From positions 32,001-96,000 of the forward strand of contig CAWCNS010000004.1 of assembly GCA_963796965.1 (NCBI GenBank): 64,000 bases of DNA, read 5' to 3'. Below are positions 35,225-45,187 of this stretch, piece by piece. Source of the stretch: Calditrichia bacterium. GTDB lineage: Bacteria; Calditrichota; Calditrichia; JAJRVZ01. The notes below the pieces were generated by a model. That model saw only the letters and a list, made by a program, of their open reading frames with translations. It was not told where the DNA came from and searched no databases. Both the position numbers and the translations under genes were made by a program. How positions within the stretch are numbered: the first letter of the stretch is position 1; every line of letters starts with the position of its first letter.

Positions 35225-35851
35225 ATGAATCGGATCAAAAAATTAACTTTTATTATAAGCTGCATCTTAATAACCAATAACCTGATGGCCACTGAGGAAC
35301 CTAAATTTAAGCTGCTCGAAGAATCTGATAATTTCCAGATTCGAGAATATAGTGCTTTTATCGTTGCGGAAATGATTATCAACGGAGAATTTGAAGAGGC
35401 CAGCAATGACGCCTTTTCCACCCTGGTCGGCTATATTGGCGGGAAAAACATCAGTCAGGAATCAATTGAAATGACAGCACCTGTAAACCAGGAAAAACTG
35501 CCGGAGCAGAGTCAGGAAATAGAAATGACAGCTCCGGTCGCACAGGAAAAAGTGGCCTCTGGTCAATATAGAATTTCTTTTGTCATGCCCGACCGTTTCA
35601 CCCTTGCTACCTTGCCCAAACCGGAAGATGAACGGGTGCAGGTACGCGAAGTACCCGCTAAAAAAATGGCTGTTATCAAATACTCCGGGACATGGTCTGA
35701 AGAACGCTATAAAGAGCATGAAACGCTACTGTATAGTTTTGTCAAAAAAAAAGGCTATCAAATAACAGGCAATCCAATATGGGCACGCTATGATCCGCCT
35801 TTTATGCCCTGGTTTATGCGCCGGAATGAGATTATGATAGAAATTAAATAA
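35225..35851 (+). CDS. SOUL heme-binding protein
   Basis: EEPKF, IREY, YIGGKN, IEMTAPV (twice), FVMP, ARYDPPFMPWFMRRNEI. Confidence 0.93.
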   Translation: MNRIKKLTFIISCILITNNLMATEEPKFKLLEESDNFQIREYSAFIVAEMIINGEFEEASNDAFSTLVGYIGGKNISQESIEMTAPVNQEKLPEQSQEIEMTAPVAQEKVASGQYRISFVMPDRFTLATLPKPEDERVQVREVPAKKMAVIKYSGTWSEERYKEHETLLYSFVKKKGYQITGNPIWARYDPPFMPWFMRRNEIMIEIK

Positions 35852-35930
35852 TCTGTAGCCAGCAAGGGATCTAAATCATATCGATCTTGTAAATCCTGTC
35901 AAATATTTTAGTTCCATTAGTCATTTGATA

Positions 35931-38900
35931 TTATCTCATCAATATGAGTTTCTTATTAATCACAACATCACCCGCCTGCAATTGGTAAATATAAACACCA
36001 CTGGCCAAATCACGACCAGCTGCATCACGCCCATTCCATACCAGGCTATGAGAGCCGGCATTATATCTTTGATCGGTTAACTGGCGTACTTCCTGACCGA
36101 GGACATTAAATATTCTCAATCGTACGAGGGCGCTCTTTACGAGATCAAAGCGAATGGTTGTTTCCGGATTAAATGGGTTGGGATAATTCTGGTGGAGATA
36201 TGTTTTTTCTGGTATAACGGCTATTGATTGTTCAATGATGTCGTTAACAGGTGGCTCTTCTGCACAGCGGCTTCTGATACTATAAGCCGGGCCATCATCG
36301 ATCGCTGGTGCCCCTGATTGATCATGCGGAATAGTTACATAAAATTGGGCCGTTCCTTTGTTACCGGCTGAATCACTGACTGAGACATGAACGGTGTATA
36401 CCCGACCATTGCCTTCGCCATTTCTTTCCTGGCGTAGCAATACGGTTCTGCAAAATGGGCCAATTATAATATCGGGAAATAGGTTGTCGTACTCATCATC
36501 GTCCCAATTATCATCCCATTCGTCATCGTCATCATCTCCATCCCCATCTTTATTCACCTTATCGCTATCATCATTGTCAAAGGGATTGCCCCCGCATAAT
36601 TCTGAAAAGAGACTGTCCATATCATCGAAATCAAAGGCAAATCGCGATGAATCCGCTTCATCACTCCAAACCGAATCGATTACCACATCTTTTAGGGAGA
36701 TTGAGCCATCGGCTGAATCTTCAACTGAAATAATATGTCGCTTCAACCAGATCCAGGCATATTTATGGTTAGGTGGCCAGAGTTCTACAGTATCCTTTAC
36801 TGTAATTATCGGCGGATCCAAATCGCCGTTTGAGGTCAGCACCATAGTATTCGTGTCGCTGGCAACATTATTATTAAGATCAGGATCGATAGCAATGCTG
36901 TCTATTACATGGGCCATATTAACTAAAAAAGTACTATCCGGTGTTGTTGGGTCAACCGTTGCAGTTACAGCGTAAATGATTCCGGCACCCTTTGGCAACA
37001 TAATACCTGTATCGTTTATATCACCTGTACCCGATGGATCAAAACCCGATGCACCGCCTGATCCGGTAGCGCTCCAGGATACGGAAGTCAGTTGACCGGG
37101 AAAGGTGTCTGTTACAGTCGTGTTTGTGACCACAACCGGACCATCATTGCCTACTGTGATCCTATAGGTAAGATTGCCGCCGGGAGCCACGCGGGTTACG
37201 TTATCATCCTTGACAATGGCCAGATCTGCCCGGTTCAATACTTTTGTATCATCATCTGTGTCGGAATTGTTGCCGGGTAGCGGATCATAAATGATATCAT
37301 CAAATACGTTGGCCATGTTTGTCAGGAGAGTTTGATCTGTTAAGGTGGAATCAACGATTCCCGATACTGTATAGGTGACTTCTGAACCAACGGGAAGATT
37401 GATATCACTATCATTGATGTTACCGATGCCAGAAGGTTCGAATCCAGCAGCACCGCCCGAACCAATCGCAGTCCAGGCTGTATTAAGAAGTTCCGGAGGC
37501 AAACTATCCCATACAGTCGTTCTATGTACATTGTCAGGTCCGTTATTGGTAACCCTAATCGTGTAAGTCAGCTGAATCCCCGAGTAGATCTCGGTAAGAC
37601 CATCTTGTTTTGTAATAGACAAATCAGCTTCCGGACCAACAATTCTACTGTATATTTCCAACTCATCGTCGACGGTTTCAATATGATGATCGCCTGCCCA
37701 AACAACCAAATAACTGTTCAGACCTGTATCACTATATGAAAGCCGGGGACCCTGAGCGCCGTATTTGTAGTCGCCGGGAGGGCCCATGTCACTTATTACA
37801 AAATCATCCGTCTCAATTTCTGCCCCTGTGGTGCTTATCTGTTGTCCGTACACTTCATATTCAGAATTCTGTGCGTCATCACCGCGCCAGATCACTAGAT
37901 AGTCATTATCTTTTGAATTGTGCGCAACCTGAGGACCGAAAGATTGTCCTTTCGAACCTATGATAAAATCGCTCCCTATTTCACCGCCATTATGATCCAG
38001 CAATTGACCATAGATATTCGATCCACTCCATACAGCGAGATATTGATTGTCAATTGCATTCCATACAAGATCTGCATCACGGGAGTTTCCGGTCGGCGTG
38101 GTACCAATTTGCAAGGGATCATTAGCCGGGGTACCATCCTGAGAGAGTCTTCGGCTATAAATAGTATAAATATCTGTAATTCCATTTTCAGCCGACCAGG
38201 CAACAAGCCATTCGTTATCCGTACTATTGAAAACGACGGCCGGGGATTCAGAATCATTGTGATCTGTTCCTGTGGCGGCAACATTGCTGATTTGAAAATC
38301 AGATCCTTCCTCACTGAGTACACCGCTGTTAAAATGCAGGAATTGACCATAAATGGCCTTTTCACCATGTTTCAGACTATCACCATACCACACAACGAGA
38401 TAGTTGTTTTGTGCCGGATTATAAGCAATATCCGGTTCAAGGGCATCCATATGAGCATTATCATCATCAGATCCCATCTGACTGACGCGCAGAAAGTCTG
38501 TAACCAAACCGCCGTTTGAACCGTCCAATTGCAATAATGACCCGTCGGCAGCAAGGCGCCGGGCAAAAATCTCCTCGGCTACACCAGCGTTAGAAGATCT
38601 ATGTGTGCCCTGCCAGACGACAAGAAACTCATTCAGGGTTTCATTGTAGACGGCAACGGGATTTCGGGTGTCAAATTTATCATCACCCTCCATCCGGGAA
38701 ATCATAAAATCATTTGTACCTATTTCATAGCCAGAACCGCCTGCAACCAGTTGGCCGTAGATCTCATCTTTCTCATCATTTTGATCATCTCCACGCCAGA
38801 CAATCAGATAGTTACCAGTTGAGCCGTTATAGGCAAGATGACTCTCCAGGGCCTGTGAAAAATTCGCTATACCTAATCCTCCCATGTTGCTGAGACGCTG

Positions 38901-39125
38901 ATCCCGGATACCAGGTCCCACATTGGGCAGGTCCCGGCCGGCATCATTCGGTATTGTGTTAACGATCTTGTCTGCTTTAGCGGTCCCTGGTTTAGCAGAA
39001 TCATTATTTGATAGAGCAATTTTCTGTGCTGATAAAGGTTGCAAGCAAACAAACATAGTCAACCACAGGACAGTTACCATATAATTTTCTAATTTATTGC
39101 CAGAATTACATTTTTTCCGGATCAT
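35931..39125 (-). CDS. Large secreted adhesin-like protein: beta-propeller-like repeats, two DUF11 domains, WPPNHK Ig-like domain, FlgD/T9SS-type CTD
   Basis: About 6-7 repeats of (A)YN....YLVVW...IYGQ; ADLSITK..LTYTIRVTNNGPD twice; LWPPNHK...ERNGEGNGRVYT; LHQNYPNPFNP tail. Confidence 0.82.
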   Translation of the reverse strand: MIRKKCNSGNKLENYMVTVLWLTMFVCLQPLSAQKIALSNNDSAKPGTAKADKIVNTIPNDAGRDLPNVGPGIRDQRLSNMGGLGIANFSQALESHLAYNGSTGNYLIVWRGDDQNDEKDEIYGQLVAGGSGYEIGTNDFMISRMEGDDKFDTRNPVAVYNETLNEFLVVWQGTHRSSNAGVAEEIFARRLAADGSLLQLDGSNGGLVTDFLRVSQMGSDDDNAHMDALEPDIAYNPAQNNYLVVWYGDSLKHGEKAIYGQFLHFNSGVLSEEGSDFQISNVAATGTDHNDSESPAVVFNSTDNEWLVAWSAENGITDIYTIYSRRLSQDGTPANDPLQIGTTPTGNSRDADLVWNAIDNQYLAVWSGSNIYGQLLDHNGGEIGSDFIIGSKGQSFGPQVAHNSKDNDYLVIWRGDDAQNSEYEVYGQQISTTGAEIETDDFVISDMGPPGDYKYGAQGPRLSYSDTGLNSYLVVWAGDHHIETVDDELEIYSRIVGPEADLSITKQDGLTEIYSGIQLTYTIRVTNNGPDNVHRTTVWDSLPPELLNTAWTAIGSGGAAGFEPSGIGNINDSDINLPVGSEVTYTVSGIVDSTLTDQTLLTNMANVFDDIIYDPLPGNNSDTDDDTKVLNRADLAIVKDDNVTRVAPGGNLTYRITVGNDGPVVVTNTTVTDTFPGQLTSVSWSATGSGGASGFDPSGTGDINDTGIMLPKGAGIIYAVTATVDPTTPDSTFLVNMAHVIDSIAIDPDLNNNVASDTNTMVLTSNGDLDPPIITVKDTVELWPPNHKYAWIWLKRHIISVEDSADGSISLKDVVIDSVWSDEADSSRFAFDFDDMDSLFSELCGGNPFDNDDSDKVNKDGDGDDDDDEWDDNWDDDEYDNLFPDIIIGPFCRTVLLRQERNGEGNGRVYTVHVSVSDSAGNKGTAQFYVTIPHDQSGAPAIDDGPAYSIRSRCAEEPPVNDIIEQSIAVIPEKTYLHQNYPNPFNPETTIRFDLVKSALVRLRIFNVLGQEVRQLTDQRYNAGSHSLVWNGRDAAGRDLASGVYIYQLQAGDVVINKKLILMR

Positions 39126-39176
39126 AGTGATCCCTCCAACAATTAAATTTCTTTTGATTAACAGGCAATAACTACC

Positions 39177-40503
39177 TCATGCACATAAATATGGATTCAG
39201 CCAACCGGTTTTTGTTTCTGAACCTGCGACGGAAGTAATCTTCTCCCGGTTATCAAGGGGCTCAATTCTGTTCAAAAATTTCATTACTAATTTGTGTACC
39301 TGTTCCTTGTACTTTCCTTAAATACAGAGGGCTGGTAATTTGTTTGCTGGTGGTGTTTACGCTCAATTGTCCGCGTGGACTTTTGAGTGAAATTTTTGCC
39401 ATCGGGGATCCAAGTAATTTTATATCTCTGAAATCACCAGTTAGGTTGTTTACTGCAGTTGTAATGAGTTGAGCCGTTTCAAAACCGAGGACAGCAAATG
39501 GATCGGGCAGACGATTGTATTTATCTTTAAAGGCAATAGAAAAATCAAGATTTTCTACCTGATTCAAACTTGATGACCAGGGGAAACAGGTTGTTATACC
39601 CAAAGCGGCCGCACCGAGTGCCGGTAAATGTGTTTCATCAACTATAAATCCGGATCCTAATAAGGGGATATGTTGTCCGGGTCCGTACTGATGATAGGCT
39701 TGAATAAACTCTACAGCCTCCTCACCGGAGTAAGCAGCAAAAACCAAATCGACTCCGTTCTTATCAATCGATTGGATCAGTGGTTTTAGGTTTTTTTCAT
39801 CGTTTGGTAGATTATTCACCACGGTTTGGATAATTTTACCGCCACTGTTTTCAAACCCCAGATTAAAAGCATAGAGGGCATCATAGCCACTTTCATAAAA
39901 TGAAGCACATACAAATGCCTTTTTACCCAGGTTTTGTGCAGCCCAATTGCCCATCTCCCAGTTGGCTTGCCACATATCAAGTGAATTATGAATAATATAA
40001 GGGCTATTATCTTCGGGATGGATCAGATTTGCACCGACCTGATTGGCGATCAGAATACGATGCTGATCATGAAACAATTGCCTTAATTCTTTATTCACTG
40101 CCATATCTACGATGCCGGTGACAATATCAGCATTTTGTGATTCGATCAGGGATCGTGCTTTTTGTACGACAGATGCCGGGCCAAACCCAACAGGTGTTTC
40201 CAGGAAATGAATCTCACGGCCACCAGCATTATAATCGTTTTTATCAAAATAGAGTCTCAATCCTGCCATCAGATTATCGCTCATGGCTGGATAAATATTC
40301 GAAGCCGGAAGTAAAATACCGATTTTCAGAGCGACTTCTCCAGATATAGACGCCCTCAATTTATTTGCATTTTTTTTACCGCTGTCTTTTAGTATAAGAG
40401 ATGGAAAACCTGGTGAGAGTGCTGAGGCACCTGCTGCAATGCCAAGCGTCGTTAAAAATTTGCGTCTGCTAATAGGTGATTGTGTTGGTAAATTATCTTT
40501 CAT
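39177..40503 (-). CDS. Tat-exported periplasmic binding protein (LivJ/PBP1 fold); frameshift ~39275 hides C-terminus ...KTGWLNPYLCA
   Basis: SRRKFL Tat motif; KIGILLP, LGFETA, SPRG; removing one T from a T5 run extends the ORF to TGA at 39177. Confidence 0.82.
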
Positions 40504-40740
40504 GCGGTTCTCCCTTTTAAAAAACGCAATTAAGATTTATGTATAATTGAAGATGTATTTATCTAAATCCATTTACGGAAAGCATTCTAATCTTTTAATA
40601 CTATCTCTTAAAATATTTATTATGCCTTTGCTATCACCTTAAAATATCGTTCATACAATAAATGGATAACAAAGTTCCGTACCAGTATAAAATTCGTCAG
40701 GTGTGCAGGATACTAAAACAAAAATGTCAGAAATATGCAG

Positions 40741-40760
40741 ATGTGATTCTAAAATCACAT
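40741..40760. promoter_or_regulatory. Palindromic operator candidate in divergent promoter region
   Basis: atgtgatt-ctaa-aatcacat, perfect 8-bp arms. Confidence 0.45.
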
Positions 40761-40959
40761 GTTATCATGACAATGTCAAGAAAAATCATTAAACTTTTTT
40801 TTGACTATGAACAGATAAATCGTATCTTTAATTATTCGAAAAAAGACCTGAATACTCTTTAATAATATAAAATTCTTACCCTGTTATATGTGTCATTGAT
40901 CACAACCTGTAGCAAAAATATTAATTATGATTTAGAGCAGGTTAGATAAAGGAGGTTTT

Positions 40960-41481
40960 ATGTCAGAACCTTTTATCGGTGAGGTGAGAATGTTCGCCGG
41001 CAATTTCGCCCCACGGAGTTGGGCATTCTGCGACGGGCAATTGCTGACCATTTCACAAAATGATGCGCTATTTTCATTGCTGGGTACTATATATGGGGGA
41101 GATGGTCGCACGACATTTGGTTTGCCGGATATGCGCGGAAGGATTCCTATTCATGCCGGCAGTGGTCCCGGTTTAACTCCCCGGAATATAGGTGCAAAAA
41201 GCGGTGCGGAAAGCGTTACCCTGACGCAGAATCAACTTCCCAGACATACCCATAATGCTCGCGCGTTGGATAAACCCGGTGACAGTGGCAATCCACAAAA
41301 CCGGCATTGGGCGTCAACCAGCGGTACTCCTGAGTTTTATAATGCTGGTTCCCCAAATGTAGATATGGATACCAATCTACTTCCGACTGCCGGTGGCAGC
41401 CAATCACATCACAATTTAATGCCTTTCCTATGTATACACTTTATTATTGCCTTAGTTGGTATTTATCCATCACGAGCCTGA
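40960..41481 (+). CDS. Phage tail collar domain protein (MdpB-like) 1
   Basis: PFIGEVRMFAGNFAPRSWAFCDGQLL...LFSLLGTIYGGDGRTTFGLPDMRGR; HTH; GIYPSR. Confidence 0.92.
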   Translation: MSEPFIGEVRMFAGNFAPRSWAFCDGQLLTISQNDALFSLLGTIYGGDGRTTFGLPDMRGRIPIHAGSGPGLTPRNIGAKSGAESVTLTQNQLPRHTHNARALDKPGDSGNPQNRHWASTSGTPEFYNAGSPNVDMDTNLLPTAGGSQSHHNLMPFLCIHFIIALVGIYPSRA

Positions 41482-41492
41482 GGGATATAATC

Positions 41493-42011
41493 ATGAGCGA
41501 ACCTTTTGTAGCAGAAATTCGAATTTTTGCCGGTAATTTTGCCCCAAGGGGCTGGGCATTTTGTAATGGTCAGTTATTGCCGATTTCCCAGAATACGGCT
41601 TTGTTTTCTCTAATTGGTACAACCTATGGCGGGGACGGACGTACCACTACTGCTCTGCCCGATCTTCAGGGACGCGCGCCAATGCATCCCGGCCGGGGGC
41701 CAGGCTTAACGAGTCGCAGATTAGGGGAGAAAAGTGGTGCTGAAACGGCAACTTTAAGCGCTGCTCAAATGCCAAATCATAAACACCTGGCAAAGGCAAG
41801 CAGTGATTTAAGCAAAGAGCAAAAACCAGGTGGAAATATTTGGAGTAAAACGCAAGACCAGGATGCCTACCGCAGTACATCAAGTTATACTAACCTGAGT
41901 AGTCAGTCCATAGAGCAGATAGGCGGCGGGCAGGCGCATAATAATATGCAGCCCTATTTGGCTATTAATTACATCATTGCCCTGACAGGATTATATCCGT
42001 CGCGATCGTAA
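41493..42011 (+). CDS. Phage tail collar domain protein 2
   Basis: Same collar motif; MPNHKH; NMQPYLAINYIIALTGLYPSR. Confidence 0.92.
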   Translation: MSEPFVAEIRIFAGNFAPRGWAFCNGQLLPISQNTALFSLIGTTYGGDGRTTTALPDLQGRAPMHPGRGPGLTSRRLGEKSGAETATLSAAQMPNHKHLAKASSDLSKEQKPGGNIWSKTQDQDAYRSTSSYTNLSSQSIEQIGGGQAHNNMQPYLAINYIIALTGLYPSRS

Positions 42012-42082
42012 TCGAGTCAATACCGATGACCGCTAAATCTTTTACGTAATTTTGCCAAGGTATTTTTTACCAGGAGATTTAT

Positions 42083-42586
42083 ATGAGCGAGCCCTTTTTA
42101 GCAGAGATAAGAATTGTTGCTTTTAATTTTGCCCCCCGCGGCTGGGCTTTTTGTGACGGGCAGATCCTGCCGATCAATCAGAATCAATCACTTTATTCAT
42201 TACTAGGTACCACCTATGGTGGCGATGGCCGAACCAGCTTTGCCCTGCCGGATTTACGGGGCCGGACACCTATTCATGTGAATGGTGCTCATCAGCAGGG
42301 GCAGAAAAGTGGAGAGGAAGCTCATGCGCTTGCGGTGAATGAAATGCCTTCGCATACCCATCCGATAAAGGGTACGGCCGAACAGGCTAATGAGAATGAT
42401 CCTGAGGGAAATGTTTGGGCAGCACAAGCCGGTGGTACCCGGTTTGGCACAGCACCTGCAGATGCATCACTCGCAAGTTTGGCCATTTCTACGAGCGGCG
42501 GAGGACAGGCACATGAGAATATGCAGCCATTTTTGGCTCTGCAATTCGCAATTGCCTTGCAGGGACTATTCCCCTCCCGAAACTAG
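42083..42586 (+). CDS. Phage tail collar domain protein 3
   Basis: Same collar motif; MPSHTH; NMQPFLALQFAIALQGLFPSR. Confidence 0.92.
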   Translation: MSEPFLAEIRIVAFNFAPRGWAFCDGQILPINQNQSLYSLLGTTYGGDGRTSFALPDLRGRTPIHVNGAHQQGQKSGEEAHALAVNEMPSHTHPIKGTAEQANENDPEGNVWAAQAGGTRFGTAPADASLASLAISTSGGGQAHENMQPFLALQFAIALQGLFPSRN

Positions 42587-42607
42587 TGTTTTACTGCAAA
42601 ATATCGA

Positions 42608-43078
42608 ATGAAAATTACGATCACTTTTCGAGCGATAACACCGGATGATGAGGATTTCCTTTTTCTGCTTTATGCCGGTACGCGTGAAAAAGAGCTGGCA
42701 CAAACTACCTGGACATCAACTGAGAAAGATTCCTTTCTTAAACAGCAATTTTCAGCCCAGCATCAATTTTATATGCAACAATTCTCCCAAGCAACGTTCG
42801 AAATTATTTTGGCAGATAATAAGTCGGCTGGCAGGCTCTATGTGGATCGTCGCAAGGATGAAATCCGCCTCATCGATATTGCCCTGTTACCGGAGTATCG
42901 TAATAAAGGCATTGGAACTTCATTGCTCAGGAAACTGCTGGAGGAAGCAGGAGAGATGAATAAACCACTACGGATCCACGTGGAAAAATTCAATCCAGCC
43001 CTGCAACTTTACCAGCGTCTGGGATTTAAAAAGATTGATGACGTTGGCGTTTACTACTTTATGGAATGGAAGTCCTAA
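42608..43078 (+). CDS. GNAT family N-acetyltransferase
   Basis: DIALLPEYRNKGIGT acetyl-CoA motif; NPALQLYQRLGF. Confidence 0.92.
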   Translation: MKITITFRAITPDDEDFLFLLYAGTREKELAQTTWTSTEKDSFLKQQFSAQHQFYMQQFSQATFEIILADNKSAGRLYVDRRKDEIRLIDIALLPEYRNKGIGTSLLRKLLEEAGEMNKPLRIHVEKFNPALQLYQRLGFKKIDDVGVYYFMEWKS

Positions 43079-43374
43079 TGCTTGAAAAAACAACCGCAAA
43101 AGATTTTTCACCCTTCCTAAATAAAATGTTTAATATTTATTTTGACCCCTCTTCACCAATAGCACTTGAATTGATTGAAGTTAGTGAACAAGGAATAACA
43201 TCAGCCACGTCAGGCAGAACATCCTTTTCCATTGTATTTCGGGGATCAAAAGTTGATGTTTGGCCGCAAGGAATGTATAAGGTCGAACATGAGAGCCTGG
43301 AAGAAATGATCCTGTTTCTGGTCCCCATTGGGCCTGATAATCTGGGGCAGTGTTACGAAGCTGTTTTTAACTAG
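43078..43374 (+). CDS. DUF6916-like small protein
   Basis: LELIEV, FSIVFRG, PQGMYKVEH, LFLVPIG, YEAVFN; translationally coupled (TAATG). Confidence 0.8.
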   Translation: MLEKTTAKDFSPFLNKMFNIYFDPSSPIALELIEVSEQGITSATSGRTSFSIVFRGSKVDVWPQGMYKVEHESLEEMILFLVPIGPDNLGQCYEAVFN

Positions 43375-43612
43375 TTCAATATTCCTGGATTTCAATTCTT
43401 CCTGATCTTGTGATTAAGAGAAATTTGTAATTGGGGATTTGTTATTTAGTAGCGTTGGTGGTTTTTTTTTGATCTCCTTGCGAGTTTATTTGGTTCGTGA
43501 TTGAACTGATTTTATAAAACATTGCTGTGACTTTATACCTAATTCCGAGTTCCAAATTACAAATCACACCAATCTTTTTTTACTCTTCAATATTTATTAA
43601 TTGAAATAATAC

Positions 43613-44914
43613 CTATAAAGCTTGAAAGATTTCGATTGGTTTTTTCCGCCCCTTGATATCGGTTTGGCCAAGCGGTTTATATTCATCTCCAGTTATCTGA
43701 ATTTTCTCCAAAACCTCTTTTGATATCAGAATAGTCGAATCGAAATTTTTGTTCAATTGCTCGATACGAGAAGCCAGTATCACCACATTACCGGTTACAG
43801 AATATTGTTTGCGGGTGGTGGTTCCCACGTTTCCGGTTACCACGTCGCCAGCATGTAATCCAATGCCAATTTTTATATTTGGAATTTTCTTATCTTTAAT
43901 TTGCAGATTCAGTTCTTTTTCAATTTCCAAAGCCGCATTTACAGCATTTTGACAGTCATTTCCTTTTGAAACCGGAGCCCCAAAAGTGGCCATAAAACCA
44001 TCCCCCATAAACTGATTGATTATTCCATGGTTCTTATTAATAATCTCGATCATGAATGAGAAAACATCATTTTGAAACTGTATAATTTCTTCCGGCTTTT
44101 TACTCTCGGAAAAGGGTGTGAAATCCCGGATGTCCAGAAACATGATACACACAAAATGCCGTTTACTTGTAATCTCAAATTTTGTATTAATGATTTCGTC
44201 TACGATTTCTGATGATACTTGTTGACCAAAAAGTTTTTCTATATTATTTCTCTCCTCCAATGTTGAAAATGATTTAAATATCCTCCCTTTAATTTGATTG
44301 GTCACCAGTCCAGCCACAATACCAGAAATAAACATAAGTAAGGCCTTGCCAATATATAAATAGGGATAATTTAATATTTGAAACTCAGTGCTATCGGGCG
44401 TCTCGAGGCCTCCCGTATAAATATAGACAAGAATTAAATATTCGATAGCAGCCAAACTGCCAGCAAAAAAGCATATTTTGAATTCTAATTCAAATATGGA
44501 AAGGATTATCAATATAAAATACAAAAGGACAACAGGTGTATGTAATAAAATAACAGAGGGAAAATTTATACCCAATATCAAAATGGCTATTGTGGGCAGG
44601 CTTATTTCAAGGGCGGCATTCAGGTAGCGGAGAATTTCAGGAAGTTTTTTCCCTTTTTCAATCCAGCGACTCCATACCTGTCTGACAAATAAAGATCTGA
44701 TTGCAAAAAAAACAAGTAGAATAACGATCCAGAGAAGAGGATTCTGCCCTATAAAAAGTTGATCAAACCGGTCCCCAAAGAAAATTAAAAGAAAACTTAG
44801 ATAAATCGTGATGACACCAAAAATGGCTGCAATGATATATAACCTAAATCTTTCCCCTTGCAGAACCTCAGTTGAGAACTCTTTATCAAAATTATTCAAG
44901 TTTGATTTCACCAT
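43613..44914 (-). CDS. Membrane class III adenylate/guanylate cyclase
   Basis: FLDIRDFT, QFMGDG, IGIGLHAG, YSVTGNVVILASRIEQLNK; about 5-6 TM helices. Confidence 0.92.
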   Translation of the reverse strand: MVKSNLNNFDKEFSTEVLQGERFRLYIIAAIFGVITIYLSFLLIFFGDRFDQLFIGQNPLLWIVILLVFFAIRSLFVRQVWSRWIEKGKKLPEILRYLNAALEISLPTIAILILGINFPSVILLHTPVVLLYFILIILSIFELEFKICFFAGSLAAIEYLILVYIYTGGLETPDSTEFQILNYPYLYIGKALLMFISGIVAGLVTNQIKGRIFKSFSTLEERNNIEKLFGQQVSSEIVDEIINTKFEITSKRHFVCIMFLDIRDFTPFSESKKPEEIIQFQNDVFSFMIEIINKNHGIINQFMGDGFMATFGAPVSKGNDCQNAVNAALEIEKELNLQIKDKKIPNIKIGIGLHAGDVVTGNVGTTTRKQYSVTGNVVILASRIEQLNKNFDSTILISKEVLEKIQITGDEYKPLGQTDIKGRKKPIEIFQAL

Positions 44915-45187
44915 ACCCTTAACTCAAAATACTAATGATTCAATTCTATGTTTTTAAATAGTAATGATGGCTTCTCTTTTTCTGAAATCCAAAGCCAACC
45001 AAACCAATATAAATAAAATACGATTTTTAAACCATAATCTTTCTATAAGATTAGAATTCATGTCGACGATGAAGATTGACTGAGAGATAGTATCTTGCTG
45101 ATTAGTCCTGATTTTTTAGAGTATTTCTACAGTATTTTAATCGTTTTGTGGTTATATTATATTGAACTTAAGAGATTGGTGAATAGT

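Noticed and set aside
39177..40503. Branched-chain amino acid ABC transporter operon
   Set aside because: No permease or ATPase genes adjacent.
40960..43374. Prophage or contractile injection system
   Set aside because: No capsid, terminase, sheath, tube, baseplate, lysis or integrase genes in the window.
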